Assembly: GCA_963827685.1 (NCBI GenBank)
Contig: CAWHBU010000007.1
Coordinates: 160,001-224,000, forward strand
From: an uncultured delta proteobacterium
Lineage (GTDB): Bacteria; Desulfobacterota; BSN033; UBA1163
Direction: 5' to 3'
Length of the DNA: 64,000 bases
The translations under genes and the position numbers were made by a program. Numbering within the stretch: position 1 is the stretch's first letter; every line of letters starts with the position of its first letter. The notes below the pieces were generated by a model that ran no database searches, had not been told where the DNA came from, and saw only the letters and a program-made list of their open reading frames with translations. Positions 20,259-30,606 of this stretch are shown here, in pieces.

Positions 20259-20441
20259 GTGAAATGCGATCGATGTAACGGGATGATGATTCATGAGGAG
20301 TTTTTCGGTTCAAATGGTCCCTTCTTTAGCTGGCGGTGCTTAATTTGTGGAGAGGTTGTCGATCAGACGATCATAGAAAATCGGGATCATCAGAGCCACG
20401 GCGGGGAGTGGGACAGAAGAGGCAAGAAATCGAAGAGATAA
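20259..20441 (+). CDS. Small Zn-ribbon hypothetical protein
   Basis: CDRCNG...WRCLICGEVVD; GTG start with GGAG upstream. Confidence 0.65.
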   Translation: MKCDRCNGMMIHEEFFGSNGPFFSWRCLICGEVVDQTIIENRDHQSHGGEWDRRGKKSKR

Positions 20442-20564
20442 TCCCATCTCAACCCTCCCAATCATTTTTCCATTAACCCATTAACTCATTTACGCGTTAA
20501 CTCGTCTACGGTTAGGAATGGGCCAACTTTTTTATGGATGCCACCGGCAATTCATTTCTTACTC

Positions 20565-20987
20565 TCATGAAACATACTCCAAAAACTCTTGTGGAGAAAC
20601 AACCTTGCATGAAATTCCATTGGCTTTCAGTTTGTCGTGCGAAATACTAAGCAAGTCCTTGTCTCCTGTGACCAGGAATTCGGCTCCTGTCTCTTTACAC
20701 AAAGAGAGATAATGATCATCCTTGGGATCCCTTGATAAAACCACATGAGTTGAAATAGAAATGTGCTTCGCCAAACTTAACAATTGTTGGATTTTCTCCC
20801 GGAGAAATAGAATTTGGTCATTTGAAAGTTTTTTCGAAAGTCCCAAAATGACTCCTTGGAGCTCTCGTTCGATAGTGTCAGAAAGATAGACCTCATGATC
20901 TTCCAATGCCCGAACAACAGCCTCTAAGGGTTTTCCCCCAAAGGCAGCCGAGATGATTACGTTGGCATCGATAACGACTTTAGCCAT
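20565..20987 (-). CDS. PIN-domain toxin of type II TA pair
   Basis: VVIDANVIISA, RDPKDD, LVTGDKDLL; overlaps antitoxin stop. Confidence 0.88.
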   Translation of the reverse strand: MAKVVIDANVIISAAFGGKPLEAVVRALEDHEVYLSDTIERELQGVILGLSKKLSNDQILFLREKIQQLLSLAKHISISTHVVLSRDPKDDHYLSLCKETGAEFLVTGDKDLLSISHDKLKANGISCKVVSPQEFLEYVS

Positions 20988-21213
20988 AGATTTCCCGCCT
21001 GGCACGGTCGAGGGCTTTGAGGGCTTCCTTTTTTGAGATCCCAGCTTCTGCCAGGACCCTTCCAATTTCAAGAAGGATAATCTCTCCACTGTCTTTCTGG
21101 ACAGGGGTTAGGCGGGCAATCGGTTTCTTACGTTTCATGACAACGATCTCGTTGCCTCCATTTAAATATTTGACCACATCCTGTTTGAACTCCCTGACAC
21201 CTACGAATTTCAT
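20980..21213 (-). CDS. Phd/YefM-like antitoxin
   Basis: MKFVGVREFK...EIVVMKRKKPIARLTP. Confidence 0.8.
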   Translation of the reverse strand: MKFVGVREFKQDVVKYLNGGNEIVVMKRKKPIARLTPVQKDSGEIILLEIGRVLAEAGISKKEALKALDRARREIYG

Positions 21214-21334
21214 TTTCCTCACCTCCGAAAATAATGTTACCACAAATGTGGGAATAATGCAAAAGGTCTTTGATGGAGTGCCTGGAGTGGTGTCGGTCAG
21301 TTTCTACGGAGGCAAGAATCTTTATTGAAAAGTA

Positions 21335-21421
21335 GAAGCACTTAAAAAAGTGTGCTTCCCGGAGAGGTAATTATCATTCCATATTGTGCGCTCGGCAGCG
21401 CACCTTCCGGCCAGTCAGGCG
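21335..21421 (+). repeat. Mini-element family F1, copy 3 (compact variant)
   Basis: GAAGCAC..GTGCTTCCCGGAGAGG...ATATTGTGCGCT-CGGC-AGCGCACCTTCCGGCCA. Confidence 0.65.
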
Positions 21422-21464
21422 TTATGGTTTTTCTTTGAGCTTTCAACTTTAAACTTTGAGCTTT

Positions 21465-21650
21465 ACGCTATGCTCTATGCGCCATGCCCTTTGCGGTTTT
21501 TGTTTTGATGAGCCTTTTTATAGATGATTCATTCTCCCCAACACCGCGTCTCCCTATCTCCTCGTCTCCCAAGCATCTTCTTATTGTCACCCTATCTCCC
21601 TATCTCGCCATCTTTCTTTTGGAGAGGGCCAACTTTCTTATGGATGAGCC
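21465..21650 (+). repeat. About 170-bp direct repeat, copy 1 (copy 2 at 25277-25450), ending in motif A
   Basis: TGCCCTTTGCGGTTTTTGTTTTGATGAGCCTTTT...ATTCTCCCCAACACCGCGTCTCCCTATCT shared. Confidence 0.8.
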
Positions 21651-21723
21651 CGTAGCTTCTGTAGCTTTTGCATAAACCAGACACCCTAAGTCTTCATCCA
21701 ACGACCACCCCCTCCGCCTTCAT

Positions 21724-22116
<393 letters not shown>

Positions 22117-22155
22117 TTAAACTATCAAGTTCTTTTCTCCGAACTCCAGACTTAA

Positions 22156-23466
22156 TTAAAAAGAATATCCTACTTCGCCATGCTGACTGGTATCCAGACC
22201 ACTGATCTCATGCTCTTCACTCACTCTCAAGCCCATGGCCCAATCAAGGACCTTCAATATGATCCATGTTACCACAAAGGAATAAACCCATACTGAAACG
22301 ACGCTGAGTGCCTGAATCCCAATCAGCGAAGGATTGCCAAAGAGTAAGCCGTCATTTCCTGCTGAATTAATTGCCCTTGCTGCAAACAAGCCGGTGGCCA
22401 ATACCCCCCATGTGCTTCCTACTCCATGAACAGCGACGACATCGAGAGAATCATCGTATCCGAATTTGGTCTTCAGGTTGAGGGCATAATAGCATAACAC
22501 ACCCGCAACCAGTCCAATGATGATCGCTGAAATGGGCCCCACGAATCCTGAGGCAGGTGTGATGGTCGCCAGTCCTGCTACGGCACCCGATGCCGCACCA
22601 AGAACGGTTGGGTTACCCCTGTCTGCCCATTCAGCGATCATCCACGAAAGAGCTGCGGAGGCTGCGGAAAATTGAGTCGCTACAAAAGCAGACGTGGCAA
22701 GCGAACCCGATGTTAGGGCACTCCCGCCATTGAAACCAAACCAGCCAAACCAGAGAATCCCTGCACCCAGAAGGGTCATCGTCAGATTGTGAGGAGGCAT
22801 GTCTTCTTTACCGTAACCTTTTCTTTTTCCCACGACCAGAGCCGCCGCTAAGGAGGCAACTCCAGCGCTGATATGGACGACCAGCCCCCCTGCGAAATCA
22901 AGCCCGCCAAGATTTTTGATCCAACCCCCCACTCCCCAGACCCAATGTGCAAGGGGGTCATAGACAAATGTTGACCAGAGGATGAGGAAGACAAGATAGG
23001 TCTTAAATTTAAATCTTTCAGCAAATGCGCCAGTAATCAGGGCGGGTGTGATCACAGCAAACATCATCTGAAAGATCATAAAAGCCTGATGGGGAACTGT
23101 GGCAGAATAGCCAGGGAACGGATCAAGTCCCACACCTCTGAGTCCTATCCAATCAAGATTTCCAATCACATGACCCACATCAGGTCCAAACGCGAGACTG
23201 TATCCGTAGAAAGCCCACTGGATAGTGATCACTCCCAGTGCAATAAAACTTTGCATGATCGTCCCCAGGACATTTTTTGATCTCACCAAACCTCCGTAGA
23301 AAAGGGCAAGCCCAGGCATCATCAACATCACCAGGGCGGCGGAGATGAGAAGCCAGGCAATATCTCCCGAATCCATTTTGGGGAGTGAGGGGGCCGGTGC
23401 CTCGGCAAAAGCAACCCCGGCGATGAACAGGCTCATCAACAACGACAGGAATAGGATTTTTTTCAT
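22156..23466 (-). CDS. amtB: Ammonium transporter
   Basis: PGLALFYGGL, FQMMFA, DFAGGLVVH, WFGWFGFNGGS, DDSLDVVAVHG; start MKKILF after GGAGG. Confidence 0.95.
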   Translation of the reverse strand: MKKILFLSLLMSLFIAGVAFAEAPAPSLPKMDSGDIAWLLISAALVMLMMPGLALFYGGLVRSKNVLGTIMQSFIALGVITIQWAFYGYSLAFGPDVGHVIGNLDWIGLRGVGLDPFPGYSATVPHQAFMIFQMMFAVITPALITGAFAERFKFKTYLVFLILWSTFVYDPLAHWVWGVGGWIKNLGGLDFAGGLVVHISAGVASLAAALVVGKRKGYGKEDMPPHNLTMTLLGAGILWFGWFGFNGGSALTSGSLATSAFVATQFSAASAALSWMIAEWADRGNPTVLGAASGAVAGLATITPASGFVGPISAIIIGLVAGVLCYYALNLKTKFGYDDSLDVVAVHGVGSTWGVLATGLFAARAINSAGNDGLLFGNPSLIGIQALSVVSVWVYSFVVTWIILKVLDWAMGLRVSEEHEISGLDTSQHGEVGYSF

Positions 23467-23555
23467 TACACGCCTCCTATGAAAAATTGCGGAATAAACC
23501 ATCAAATACCTTCCATGCCACCTTATTGTCAAGAGCCCCCGATGTCGCGTATCAA

Positions 23556-25176
23556 CGGGCTGTTGCCCAAATGATACTTGCAACGATTATACATTCGAGC
23601 TATAAGCATGGCAGCACAAATCTGGAATGGAGATATTGCCATGATGGGACAACAGACAGGAATTCAGCCGAAGATCTTCTATCATCATATGAACCTGGAA
23701 CAAAGGATTCCCCGGACACACCTTCTGAGAAGGATTCAAGAGCAGATTGACTTTAACTTCATCTATGCAGAGGTCAGAGACACCTATGGGGGCAACGGGA
23801 ATGTGTCCATTCCCCCTCCTGTAATCCTGAAGATGATGTTGCTGTTAGTTCTTTACAATGTTCGATCGGAACGAGAGTTAATGGAAACGATCCCCATGCG
23901 TTTAGACTGGCTATGGTTTTTAGGGTACGACATAGACAGTGAGGTGCCGGATCACAGTGTTTTGAGTAAAGCCAGGGCGCGGTGGGGAGTGGAAGCGTTT
24001 AGGGGGTTCTTTGAGCGAATGGTGTGGCAATGTGTGGAGGCGGGGTTAGTGGACGGCAGAAAGATCTTTGTGGATTCGAGCCTGGTGGATGCGGATGCAT
24101 CGAACAACTCCGTGATCGACACGCGATCGTTGAAGGTTCAACTCCAGGAGGGCTACAAGAAGCTGGAAGCACGATTAGAGGAAAAGAGCGAGAGCACGGA
24201 TTCCTCCAGGAGATACGTTAAAGAGAACAGCCGATACATTTCAACGACCGATCCGGATGCATCGATAGTGAATCGTGGCAAGCCCAAACTCTCCTATCAG
24301 GTTCATCGGGCAGTGGATGAGCGGAGTGAAGTGATCACGGCGATCGAAACGACAACAGGAGATGTCAATGAAGCGCATGAGATGATTCCTCTGATAGAGA
24401 GCCACCGTTTAAATACAGGGATCAATGCGGATACGGTGGTGGCCGACAGCAAATACGGGACGATCGAGAACTTTTTGGCCTGTCATGATAGAGGAGTAGA
24501 GGCCCACATGCCGGACTTGAGGGAAATTTCATTGAAGCGTACAGAAAAGCAGAATATCTTTGGGGAAGAGCGGTTTGAGTATGATCGGGAGAGTGACACC
24601 TATCGTTGTCCGGCTGGGCATCGGTTGAAGCCTAGATCATTACATATGAGTCGGCAAAGTAGAGATTACGCTGCACCCAAGAAGATTTGTGCAGCATGTG
24701 ACTTAAGAGAGCAGTGTACTAGAAACAGATCAGGTCGGACAATTAAGCGACATCTGAGGCAGGAAGATCTAGACAGGATGCGAGAAGCGAGTCGATCGGC
24801 CAAAGCGAAGCGGGATATCAAAGTGAGGCAGCATTTGATGGAGCGTTCCTATGCCAGAGGGACGCGGTATGGATATGACCGGGCACGATGGAGAGGGCTT
24901 TGGCGGGTGCAGATACAGGAATACCTGATCTCTGCTGTCCAGAACATTGAGGTTTTGCTTAGGTACGGATCTTACCTAAAGAGAAGTCCATCGGTGATGA
25001 TGGAGCAGATCAAAGGGGCTGTGACAAGGGAGATAAGGTCCTTTTCAGATTTTAAGGAGCTAATGAACTCAAAAATTGGCCGAATGGTGCTATTTGGTTT
25101 TACTTACCCTCGGCTATCATTCATGGAAACTCAAACTGTCAGATATTTTTGAATTGGGCTTTTGAGCAACAGCCCG
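23556..25176 (+). mobile_element. IS1182-family insertion sequence, complete, 4-bp TSD TCAA
   Basis: TIRs CGGGCTGTTGCCCAAA / TTTGAGCAACAGCCCG; TCAA at 23552-23555 and 25177-25180. Confidence 0.88.
23641..25152 (+). CDS. IS1182-family transposase
   Basis: HLLRRI, VPDHSVLS, FVDSS, STTDPDA, ADSKYG, CPAG...CxxC...C, MERSYA. Confidence 0.9.
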   Translation: MMGQQTGIQPKIFYHHMNLEQRIPRTHLLRRIQEQIDFNFIYAEVRDTYGGNGNVSIPPPVILKMMLLLVLYNVRSERELMETIPMRLDWLWFLGYDIDSEVPDHSVLSKARARWGVEAFRGFFERMVWQCVEAGLVDGRKIFVDSSLVDADASNNSVIDTRSLKVQLQEGYKKLEARLEEKSESTDSSRRYVKENSRYISTTDPDASIVNRGKPKLSYQVHRAVDERSEVITAIETTTGDVNEAHEMIPLIESHRLNTGINADTVVADSKYGTIENFLACHDRGVEAHMPDLREISLKRTEKQNIFGEERFEYDRESDTYRCPAGHRLKPRSLHMSRQSRDYAAPKKICAACDLREQCTRNRSGRTIKRHLRQEDLDRMREASRSAKAKRDIKVRQHLMERSYARGTRYGYDRARWRGLWRVQIQEYLISAVQNIEVLLRYGSYLKRSPSVMMEQIKGAVTREIRSFSDFKELMNSKIGRMVLFGFTYPRLSFMETQTVRYF

Positions 25177-25276
25177 TCAAGATCAGGCACCTATGCGAGG
25201 CAAAACCTGGAGGAAAATTGTCCCGTGTCAAGGGGCTGACCCCAGGCCACATTCCTAAATTCCTTTTATCACTCCT

Positions 25277-25450
25277 TACGCTATGCGCTTTGCCCTTTGC
25301 GGTTTTTGTTTTGATGAGCCTTTTCATGGATGATTTATTCTCCCCAACACCGCGTCTCCCTATCTTCCCATCATCTTCTTATTGTCTCCCTATCCCCTCA
25401 TCTCCCCATCTTCATTTTAATGGGAATGGGCCAACTTTTTTGTGGATGAG
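25277..25450 (+). repeat. About 170-bp direct repeat, copy 2
   Basis: Matches 21465-21650. Confidence 0.8.
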
Positions 25451-25591
25451 AATCGTATTCGCTCTGCGATTTTGACGTTCAAATTGGGGTTCTAAACCTG
25501 AAATCAGCCTCCTTTTTTTAGAAATGACTAATTCGATCAGGCGGCTAACTTTGTCCGATCCCAGCCCCGCCTACTTAAGTTGTTTTAGAAC

Positions 25592-26797
25592 CTACGTTAT
25601 ATATTCTTTTAGGTGAAGGGTCCCCTCCGTTTCGGGCCATTTCCCATCTCCTTTGCGTCCCCTTGTTTGAGCAGTTAGAATCTCTCGGCCGAAATGATCT
25701 CGCAGCCATTTTTTCAAGCCCGGAATCTCTTCCATCTCTCTTATCGACCGGGGATTTTTCAAAGCGAGACCATTGATCAAGGCGTTGTTCAAAAGGATTC
25801 CAGGCTCCATCCCTAAGTTTTTTGCCCGCATATCCCGCCAGGTTTTTAGTGCTTTGACCCTTTTGCGTAAGAGGGGTGACAAATCCGGCTTTGCCTCCCG
25901 GGGGTACACCGGAAGATCTTCATCGGGAATGGCCATGGCCCGGTGAATTTCCTGCAGCAGGCGTGTCCCATATCTGTCGATTTGCTTCCGGCTCAGGACT
26001 TTTCCCGTTTCCAATTCTTCAAGGCGCAAAGGTTTTTTCATGGCCAATTCCAGGAGGGGTTCGTTGCGGAGCACCTTGAAGGGGGGAAGATCCGACTTCT
26101 GGGCCTGGGCCTCTCGGAATTCCAGCAAAGCCTCCAGAACCGCAAGACTCCTGGGATCCAGGAGAAAAGCCCCTTTCACTTTTAGGTAAAGCGGGTCATG
26201 GCTGGGGAGAGTGAATCGGACCTTACTCAGAAATAGGCATTCTTCCTCCATCCAGGATAATCGGCTCTTCTCTTCCAGTTCCTTTTCCAGCATACGGGCT
26301 AAGGGAATCAGGTACATGCCGTCCATCGCTGCGTATTCCACCATCTCCGGGGAAAGGGGTCTTTGGGACCAATCGGCCCGCTGATATTTCTTATTCAGCT
26401 CCACATGGACCCGACTTCGCAGCAACGCTTCCAGGCCGCTCTCCCGGAGGCCCAGAAATTTACAGGCCAACTGTGTATCGAAGAGGTTCTCGACCTCGAG
26501 CCGAAAGTCCCGGTACAGGGAACGGATATCATAATCCGCCCCGTGGAATACTTTGCGGATGCGGGGATTGGAGAAAACGGGGTGTAAAGCGGAAAGATCC
26601 CTTAGCGCCAAAGGATCAATGACATAAGAGGCGGATTCCGTAGCGATCTGTATGAGGCATACCTTTTCGAAGTAGTGGTACAAAGAGTCCGCTTCCAGGT
26701 CAACCCCGATGATTTTGGCCTGACCCAGAATCCGGGCAGCCCCTTCCAATTGCGGAAGGGTCTCGATCCATTCATAGGAAAATTTATTTCCATCCAT
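25592..26797 (-). CDS. rnd: Ribonuclease D (DEDDy exonuclease + HRDC domains)
   Basis: GVDLEAD, CLIQI, FHGADYD, FDTQLA, ADWSQRPL, YAAMD. Confidence 0.9.
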   Translation of the reverse strand: MDGNKFSYEWIETLPQLEGAARILGQAKIIGVDLEADSLYHYFEKVCLIQIATESASYVIDPLALRDLSALHPVFSNPRIRKVFHGADYDIRSLYRDFRLEVENLFDTQLACKFLGLRESGLEALLRSRVHVELNKKYQRADWSQRPLSPEMVEYAAMDGMYLIPLARMLEKELEEKSRLSWMEEECLFLSKVRFTLPSHDPLYLKVKGAFLLDPRSLAVLEALLEFREAQAQKSDLPPFKVLRNEPLLELAMKKPLRLEELETGKVLSRKQIDRYGTRLLQEIHRAMAIPDEDLPVYPREAKPDLSPLLRKRVKALKTWRDMRAKNLGMEPGILLNNALINGLALKNPRSIREMEEIPGLKKWLRDHFGREILTAQTRGRKGDGKWPETEGTLHLKEYIT

Positions 26798-26909
26798 CCT
26801 CTTACGCGCCTTCTTCCATCATGGTTTTGGTCTTACCGCTCTACTGTGAGGCCCGCCTCCATTTATTTAAATAATCTTGTTAATTTTTGCGGGCCTGACC
26901 CCACATTCC

Positions 26910-27101
26910 TTACAGTATTTTTTTAACCCGACCAATTTCACCACTTTCCAAGCGGACTTTAATACCATGGGGGTGAGTAGGAGATTTCGTCAGAATGTCT
27001 TTCACTATACCTTCGGTTAGCTTCCCAGAATGCTGGTCTTTCTTTAATACAATTAAAACCTGTAAGCCTGCTTTCACATCTGCACGATTTGTACCGTCCA
27101 T
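26910..27101 (-). CDS. YwbE-family (DUF2196) small protein
   Basis: IVLKKDQHSGKLTEGIVKDILTKSPTHPHGIKVRLESGEIGRV. Confidence 0.85.
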   Translation of the reverse strand: MDGTNRADVKAGLQVLIVLKKDQHSGKLTEGIVKDILTKSPTHPHGIKVRLESGEIGRVKKIL

Positions 27102-27357
27102 GCTTCCACTTTCATTAAAAACTATTTTAACCTCAAATTTGCAGCCCTAAGCCCCAAATTGCCTATATTTTTCTCCAAGAAATTTACCAATGGAAAAAAT
27201 GGAGATTTGACCCCTATCCTTCCTGACGCCATGCCCCAAGCTCCATGCGCCATGCAGTGTATTAATCGAATTGGGCCAACTTTTTTATGGATGACACCTC
27301 TTGACTGCACGCTCTGCACGAACGTCCCTATAGTTTTTCTGACACCGAAGCTTTTTT

Positions 27358-28071
27358 TTAATATAATCTATCCTGGATATTGTCAATCAGCTTATTAAAA
27401 TAATTTGGCACTTTGGTTTCAAAAGTCATCTGCTCGCCGCTGGTGGGGTGTTTGAAAGAAATCGATTTGGAATGAAGCGCTAAACGCCTGTACCCATTCT
27501 TGGTTTTACCATATTTACGATCGCCTACGATCGGATGTCCCTTATCAGCCATATGTACGCGTATCTGATTCTTCCTGCCGGTCAAGAGATTAATCTCCAG
27601 CAGACTAAACTGCTTGGTCTCTTTAAGCACCTTATAAGCAGTATGTGCCAGTTTGCCTTTTGTGACATCCGTTGTGGAATAGACGACATAAGCCTTGTTC
27701 TCAGACAGGTATGAGGTAATAATTCCCTCTTTTTGGGCCAACTGACCATAAACCACCGCAACATATTTCTTTTCCGTGCCTTTCCACTGAGCCTGCAAAT
27801 GGTACTTAACTTCTTCGCTTTTTGCAAATATCAGTACGCCGGATGTCCACTGGTCCAGCCTATGAACAATGAAAATTCGGTTTCGCGACTTTAGAGAGCC
27901 TTTGCGTACATAATCGGTTAGAATGTAGTAAGCCGTCTTGAATTTATTAGTCTCCGTCCCCACTGTCAATAGCCCCGCAGGCTTATCTACCACCAAGATA
28001 TCTCTATCTTCGTAGAGTATTTCTAACCCTCTTGGCAGATGTTTGCTGGTCGAACGTTTTTTCTTAAGCAT
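27358..28071 (-). CDS. RluA-family pseudouridine synthase, copy 1
   Basis: VDKPAGLL, VHRLD..TSG, TGRKNQIRVH, HPIVGDRKYG. Confidence 0.92.
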   Translation of the reverse strand: MLKKKRSTSKHLPRGLEILYEDRDILVVDKPAGLLTVGTETNKFKTAYYILTDYVRKGSLKSRNRIFIVHRLDQWTSGVLIFAKSEEVKYHLQAQWKGTEKKYVAVVYGQLAQKEGIITSYLSENKAYVVYSTTDVTKGKLAHTAYKVLKETKQFSLLEINLLTGRKNQIRVHMADKGHPIVGDRKYGKTKNGYRRLALHSKSISFKHPTSGEQMTFETKVPNYFNKLIDNIQDRLY

Positions 28072-28304
28072 ACTGAGTACTCTTCTATCTTGTGCAAGTT
28101 TACTTGTGCAGGTTATAGCCTATTGCCACATTGCTATCGAGTCACAAAGCATGAGGAGTAATAAAGGGGACGGTTCTATTTATTTAGATTCTTTTGCAAT
28201 ATTGCAAGCCTGACCCCACATTCTTACATCATCTTCACTTTTTATGGATGACACCACTAATCTATTATGTAGATTAAATCGATGATTTGTGATATTATTA
28301 ATTT

Positions 28305-28508
28305 GTGAACAGGAAGCCTTTGATTCAAGCAAATCCTTATCTAAAAGATCCTGCAAACCGGCAAAGACTACTCTCCATAGCGGTTTCTTCTTCTACAGCC
28401 ATTGAAGGAATTCATAGAGTATTGCCAGAAGCTATCCGTTTTCGTCCCATAGCAGCCAAATCCGTTATACTTCGTGAACCCGTCGTGTCCTACGGATCAC
28501 GGCGCTGA
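28305..28508 (+). CDS. Small hypothetical protein
   Basis: KPLIQANPYLKDP...SSSTAIEGI; sits between motif A copies. Confidence 0.5.
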   Translation: MNRKPLIQANPYLKDPANRQRLLSIAVSSSTAIEGIHRVLPEAIRFRPIAAKSVILREPVVSYGSRR

Positions 28509-28660
28509 AGACTCTCTCCATGGGCTTATAGTCTCGATCCAAAGCCGATGCATCATGATGTCCACCCTTTTTCATTATGAATCATCTTTCTCCGCTGTTG
28601 TCTCATTTTCCCCCGCGTTCCGAATTCCGCACTCCACATTCCGAAATCCGCAATTGGAGC

Positions 28661-28769
28661 GGCCAACTTTTTTATGGATGACCTAAATCCCTTTTAAGAT
28701 TCTTATAATTTTATGGACGCCCCCTCTGATCTCTATCAAGCAAAGTGTATAATGTAGCTTTGACCCCAA
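28661..28769 (+). repeat. Gene-less A-to-B unit, duplicated at 30374-30482
   Basis: Near-identical about 109-bp sequence from GGCCAAC to TTTGACCCCAA. Confidence 0.85.
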
Positions 28770-28808
28770 AGCCCCGCCACATAGTTTTTCTGACACCGAA
28801 GCTTTTTT

Positions 28809-29522
28809 CTAATATAATCTACCCTGGATATTATCAATCAGCTTATTAAAATAATTTGGCACTTTGGTTTCAAAAGTCATCTGCTCGCCGCTGGTGGGGT
28901 GTTTGAAGGAAATCGATTTGGAATGAAGCGCTAAACGCCTGTACCCATCCTTGGTTTTACCATATTTACGATCGCCTACGATCGGATGTCCCTTATCAGC
29001 CATATGTACACGTATCTGATTCTTCCTGCCGGTCAAAAGATTAATCTCCAGCAGACTAAACTGCTTGGTCTCTTTAAGCACCTTATAAACAGTATGTGCC
29101 AGTTTGCCTTTTGTGACATCAGTTGTGGAATAGACGACATAAGCCTTGTTCTCAGACAGGTATGAGGTAATCATTCCCTCTTTTTGGGCCAACTGACCAT
29201 AAACCACCGCAACATATTTCTTTTCCGTGTCTTTCCACTGAGCCTGCAAATGTAACTTAACTTCTTCGCTTTTTGCAAATATCAGTACGCCGGATGTCCA
29301 CTGGTCCAGCCTATGAACAATGAAAATTCGGTTTCGCGACTTTAGACAGCCTTTGCGTACATAATCGGTTAGAATGTAGTAAGCCGTCTTGAATTTATTA
29401 GTCTCCGTCCCCACTGTCAATAGCCCCGCAGGCTTATCTACCACCAAGATATCTCTATCTTCGTAGAGTATTTCTAACCCTCTTGGCAGATGTTTGCTGG
29501 TCGAATGTTTTTTCTTAAGCAT
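28809..29522 (-). CDS. RluA-family pseudouridine synthase, copy 2
   Basis: Same motifs; 8 aa differences from copy 1 by manual comparison. Confidence 0.92.
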   Translation of the reverse strand: MLKKKHSTSKHLPRGLEILYEDRDILVVDKPAGLLTVGTETNKFKTAYYILTDYVRKGCLKSRNRIFIVHRLDQWTSGVLIFAKSEEVKLHLQAQWKDTEKKYVAVVYGQLAQKEGMITSYLSENKAYVVYSTTDVTKGKLAHTVYKVLKETKQFSLLEINLLTGRKNQIRVHMADKGHPIVGDRKYGKTKDGYRRLALHSKSISFKHPTSGEQMTFETKVPNYFNKLIDNIQGRLY

Positions 29523-29664
29523 ACTGAGTACTCTTCTATCTTGTGCAAGTTTACTTGTGCAGGTTATAGCCTATTGCCACATTGCTATCGAGTCACAAAG
29601 CATGAGGAGTAATAAAGGGGACGGTTCTATTTATTAAGATTCTTTTGTAATATTGCAAGCCTGA

Positions 29665-29930
29665 TTCCAGATCTTGTTGAGCTTTTAGCCCCGTTTCCTT
29701 TTCCTCCATGAGTTGAGAGCAGAGATTGGAGCAGGAAGTAAAAGAACTATAGCCACAAATGGCGCTGCCTACGAAAGGCCTTTGATAAAAGCATTTGCAG
29801 CCATACTTTGAAAAGCAATCGACGGCAATATGAATCTTAGGAACAAAAATGCAATGCCGGACACTAAAACACTTACCCACCAGGGGCATTCAACAAGTAA
29901 ATTGAGTATAGATTCATCTTTTCGCGCCAT
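29665..29930 (-). pseudogene. Truncated membrane-anchored protein resembling N-terminus of Mrr-like restriction endonucleases
   Basis: MARKDESILNLLVECPWWVSV...GLS*AAPFVAIVLLLPAPISALNSWRKRK; internal TAG; cut off at the RluA copy 2 boundary. Confidence 0.55.
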
Positions 29931-29996
29931 CAACTGCCTCTCAATTTCTAAACATTGAGACGTACACCTAGTTTTTAAGAACTTGACTGAAAAATG

Positions 29997-30149
29997 GAAG
30001 CACCTAAGAGAATTGTGCTCCCCGGAAAGGGTCACCCCGTTAGAAATTCCAGTCGTTACGACTCCAAACAGAGCGGGGCATTATTTCTAACGGGGTAAAT
30101 ATCTTTTCATATTGTGCGCCCGGCAGCGCACTTGCCGCCCAGTCAGGCG
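29997..30149 (+). repeat. Mini-element family F1, copy 4, with nested CCCCGTTAGAAAT element (30034-30096)
   Basis: GAAGCAC..GTGCTCCCCGGAAAGG [insert] ATATTGTGCGC..GCGCACTTGCCGCCCAGTCAGGCG; tail shared with copy 3. Confidence 0.65.
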
Positions 30150-30373
30150 CTTTGCATCTCTTGACTACAAAATTCAGTCAACGACTACTCAACGATTCTA
30201 AGACTCAATGACCCAATGACCGATTTATTCTTGATGCCGTACCCCCTACCCTTTCTGCGCTGCCCTCGCGCAAAATCATCGAGCAGTTTCTTTCTTCAAT
30301 CTGAAATCTGCAAACTGAAATCGCGACTCAGCATAAATTCCGCATTCGGCAATTCGCATTCCGCAATGGAATA

Positions 30374-30482
30374 GGCCAACTTTTTTGTGGATGACCTAAA
30401 TCCCTTTTAAGATTCTTATAATTTTATGGACGCCCCCTCTGATCTCTATCAAGCAAAGTGTATAATGTAGCTTTGACCCCAA
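30374..30482 (+). repeat. Gene-less A-to-B unit, copy 2
   Basis: Matches 28661-28769. Confidence 0.85.
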
Positions 30483-30606
30483 GGTCCCCTCCAATAGCCT
30501 ATTGACTCATCGCCCGAATTACCGGCCAACTTTTTTACGGATGACACCAGAGATCAATTTCTAAAAGCTTAACTTGTTGAATGTTGCGAAGTCCTTTTTG
30601 GTTAGC

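Noticed and set aside
21484-21675. Similar small ORFs at 21484-21675 and 25149-25475, and ORFs ending PTFLWMT
   Set aside because: They are translations of the non-coding repeat and motif A, with no RBS and no consistent start or length.
25195-25215. GGCAAAACC as a cyclic-di-GMP-I riboswitch upstream of amtB
   Set aside because: It is on the wrong strand for amtB, the motif is imperfect, and no supporting stems were seen.
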